Positions 62,101-64,000 of a stretch of 64,000 nucleotides of DNA are shown here, in pieces (the stretch's first letter is position 1; each line of letters opens with the position of its first letter). The position numbers and the translations under genes were made by a program. Under the pieces are notes generated by a model, which was given only the letters and a program-made list of their open reading frames with translations, searched no databases and was not told the DNA's origin. Where the stretch lies: NCBI GenBank assembly GCA_028023455.1, contig JAQFVV010000006.1, positions 6,386,001-6,450,000 of the forward strand, in the 5' to 3' direction. Origin of the DNA: Epiperipatus broadwayi. Its lineage: Eukaryota; Animalia; Onychophora.

Positions 62101-63624
62101 CATGATGATGATTATTATCAATTAATATTTTTACAATTCATTTAAATTTGTACTTAATAATGTAAATGATGTGTCAATGCTTTTTAATACATCTGTTAAG
62201 TGATGGTATGCTTAGTTTCATTGTATTAAAGGGCTGCAAGCAGTGACCAATTTCTACTGATGATGGTGATAATAATTATATGATTAATTGCTATCGAGAT
62301 CACAGATTGTTCATGCACTGATGCAGCTGATTGAGCAACAGTATAATACAAAACATGGCTTGATTCATCTGGAGAGTTAATCCAAAAATCTTTACTGCTA
62401 AACTTCCTAACATAAATTTATGATGATTAATTATCACATTGGATACTGAAACTTATTGCATACTTACTTCAGTTTGAGCATAGGACTACTGCCAGGATGT
62501 CCAAATAAAGGGTCACCCTTTGATATTTAACTTTTATTTTTCCTTTTTTCAGCTGCAAACTGGTTTCAGTAATAGATAATATCGGATTTATACATGCCAA
62601 ACAAAAATTTGTATTGAAGTGATATTGAAAGATAGTAAATATCAACAAAGTCTATAGATATGAATACCACAGGCAATCACCAATGTATGCCAAGATTTCA
62701 TATATTATAAACCGTTCTGATAAGCTGGGGGGGGGGGAGTTTATGGCACAAAGCCATCAAATAAATCTCATAGAACTACATATAATTGCTAAATTAAAAC
62801 GTGCAATAATATCTTTCGCACTTCAGTTTTTGGAAAATGTTAAACAAGGCCTGAATGCAACTGGAAAGCAAGTTTAATCTTTGTATAAAAAATTAATAAT
62901 TGCATAGTTAGATTCTTGGGAGTATGTGACATTTGAACATCATCAGAATTGCACGACTAAGCAGTAATACCTTTAATTGGTTTAAACCATAAGGGTTAAT
63001 ATATATTTTAGTGTGACATTTTTTTAACTATAAAATTAAATTAATAAGTATAGAAGTTATATTTTTTTAAAAATGAATATATATATATTTAAATAAATAA
63101 TAACTTTATAGACAGATAAGATAAATTAAGATATTTTATGTTAAATCTAGACTTAAAAATATATTTATAAATTTCCTATTTATTTCCTTTTTAATACATA
63201 GTTTTAAAAAAAGTGCGATATTTAATTTGTCAGGCCTCCCACTTCCGTTGGACTTATCTTAAATTCTCATTTATAATCTAATCTACATTTGCCAAATGAC
63301 TTTTCCCACTATAGGAAAAAAGAAAACAATTATATTATTTAAAGCAACACATTTTTAAATTTTCAGTAATATTACATATATATTTTAATGCGGAATAATA
63401 TATATGTAATTTGTAACTTTTACAACCGTCTACAGTATATTTTTATATATTAGCCAAATATTTATCACATATGCTGGTCACATTTTCTGAAATCCAGACA
63501 AAATTAATAATTAACTTCAAAACAGTTCTCACCAAACAATGAATCTTTTTTGTAAACAGAATCACATTCAATTTGAATATATTAAGATTTCTGAAGTCAA
63601 AAGGTTTGTTATTTTTACAGTTCA

Positions 63625-63649
63625 ACACACACACACACACACACACACA
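63625..63649. repeat. (CA)n microsatellite
   Basis: Uninterrupted ACAC run. Confidence 0.95.
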
Positions 63650-64000
63650 AAGTAATTTATACTAAAGTTATAAACAGATATTCCGTATTAGTTACAATAA
63701 AATCCAATGGCTGAAATAAATGGTCAAAGATATTAGCAAAAGTCTCTTTAACTTTTATTTTAAGCTAAATCCTACACACACAAAATGTATTGAAATAAAT
63801 GATATATGTCCCTATCTCATGATATCAGAATATACATTTGCTATTATAGCAACATTCTATTACTCATCATCTCTATCTACCTCTAGGGATTTATTAAGCA
63901 CTATCATGTGGCATCTATTATTAAAGTTTACAGTATGAGGTGTGTATAGGGTGAAAAAATTTAAAAGATAGCATCACAAGATGTTAAATGAAGCAACTAA

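Noticed and set aside
1093-63938. Most short ORFs in the ORF track as host genes
   Set aside because: They are 60-110 aa, compositionally AT-driven (I/L/F/Y/K/N-rich), without recognisable domains, and many overlap repeats.

Overview
Very AT-rich, CpG-depleted eukaryotic (invertebrate-like; species not determinable) intronic or intergenic DNA. I find no host protein-coding gene I can support. The recognisable protein-like ORFs are transposon remnants: RTE LINE C-terminus (6225-6764), a non-LTR C-terminal Zn-knuckle region (41007-41528), and a Penelope-like (PLE) RT-thumb plus GIY-YIG endonuclease (54640-55368). The dominant unexplained signal is a dense set of minimal type I hammerhead ribozyme (HHR) motifs. 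By manual count there are about 30, of which about 20 keep both core strands (CTGANGA and GAAA). They belong to at least four unrelated non-coding repeat families (here A-D, plus a possible E). Families A and B have 450 and 466 bp monomers and occur as ~1.6-mer tandems. Families A-D also occur as fold-back pairs, with fixed asymmetric ends seen in A-C. This architecture matches PLE-mobilised non-LTR retrozymes, and a 5'-truncated PLE with inverted ends lies in the same window. Other content: two tRNA-derived SINE families, a deleted mariner, hAT remnants, a minisatellite, local tandem duplications and two CpG-retaining stretches that may be regulatory. All calls come from manual reading; no alignment, folding or database search was run, and element boundaries are approximate.
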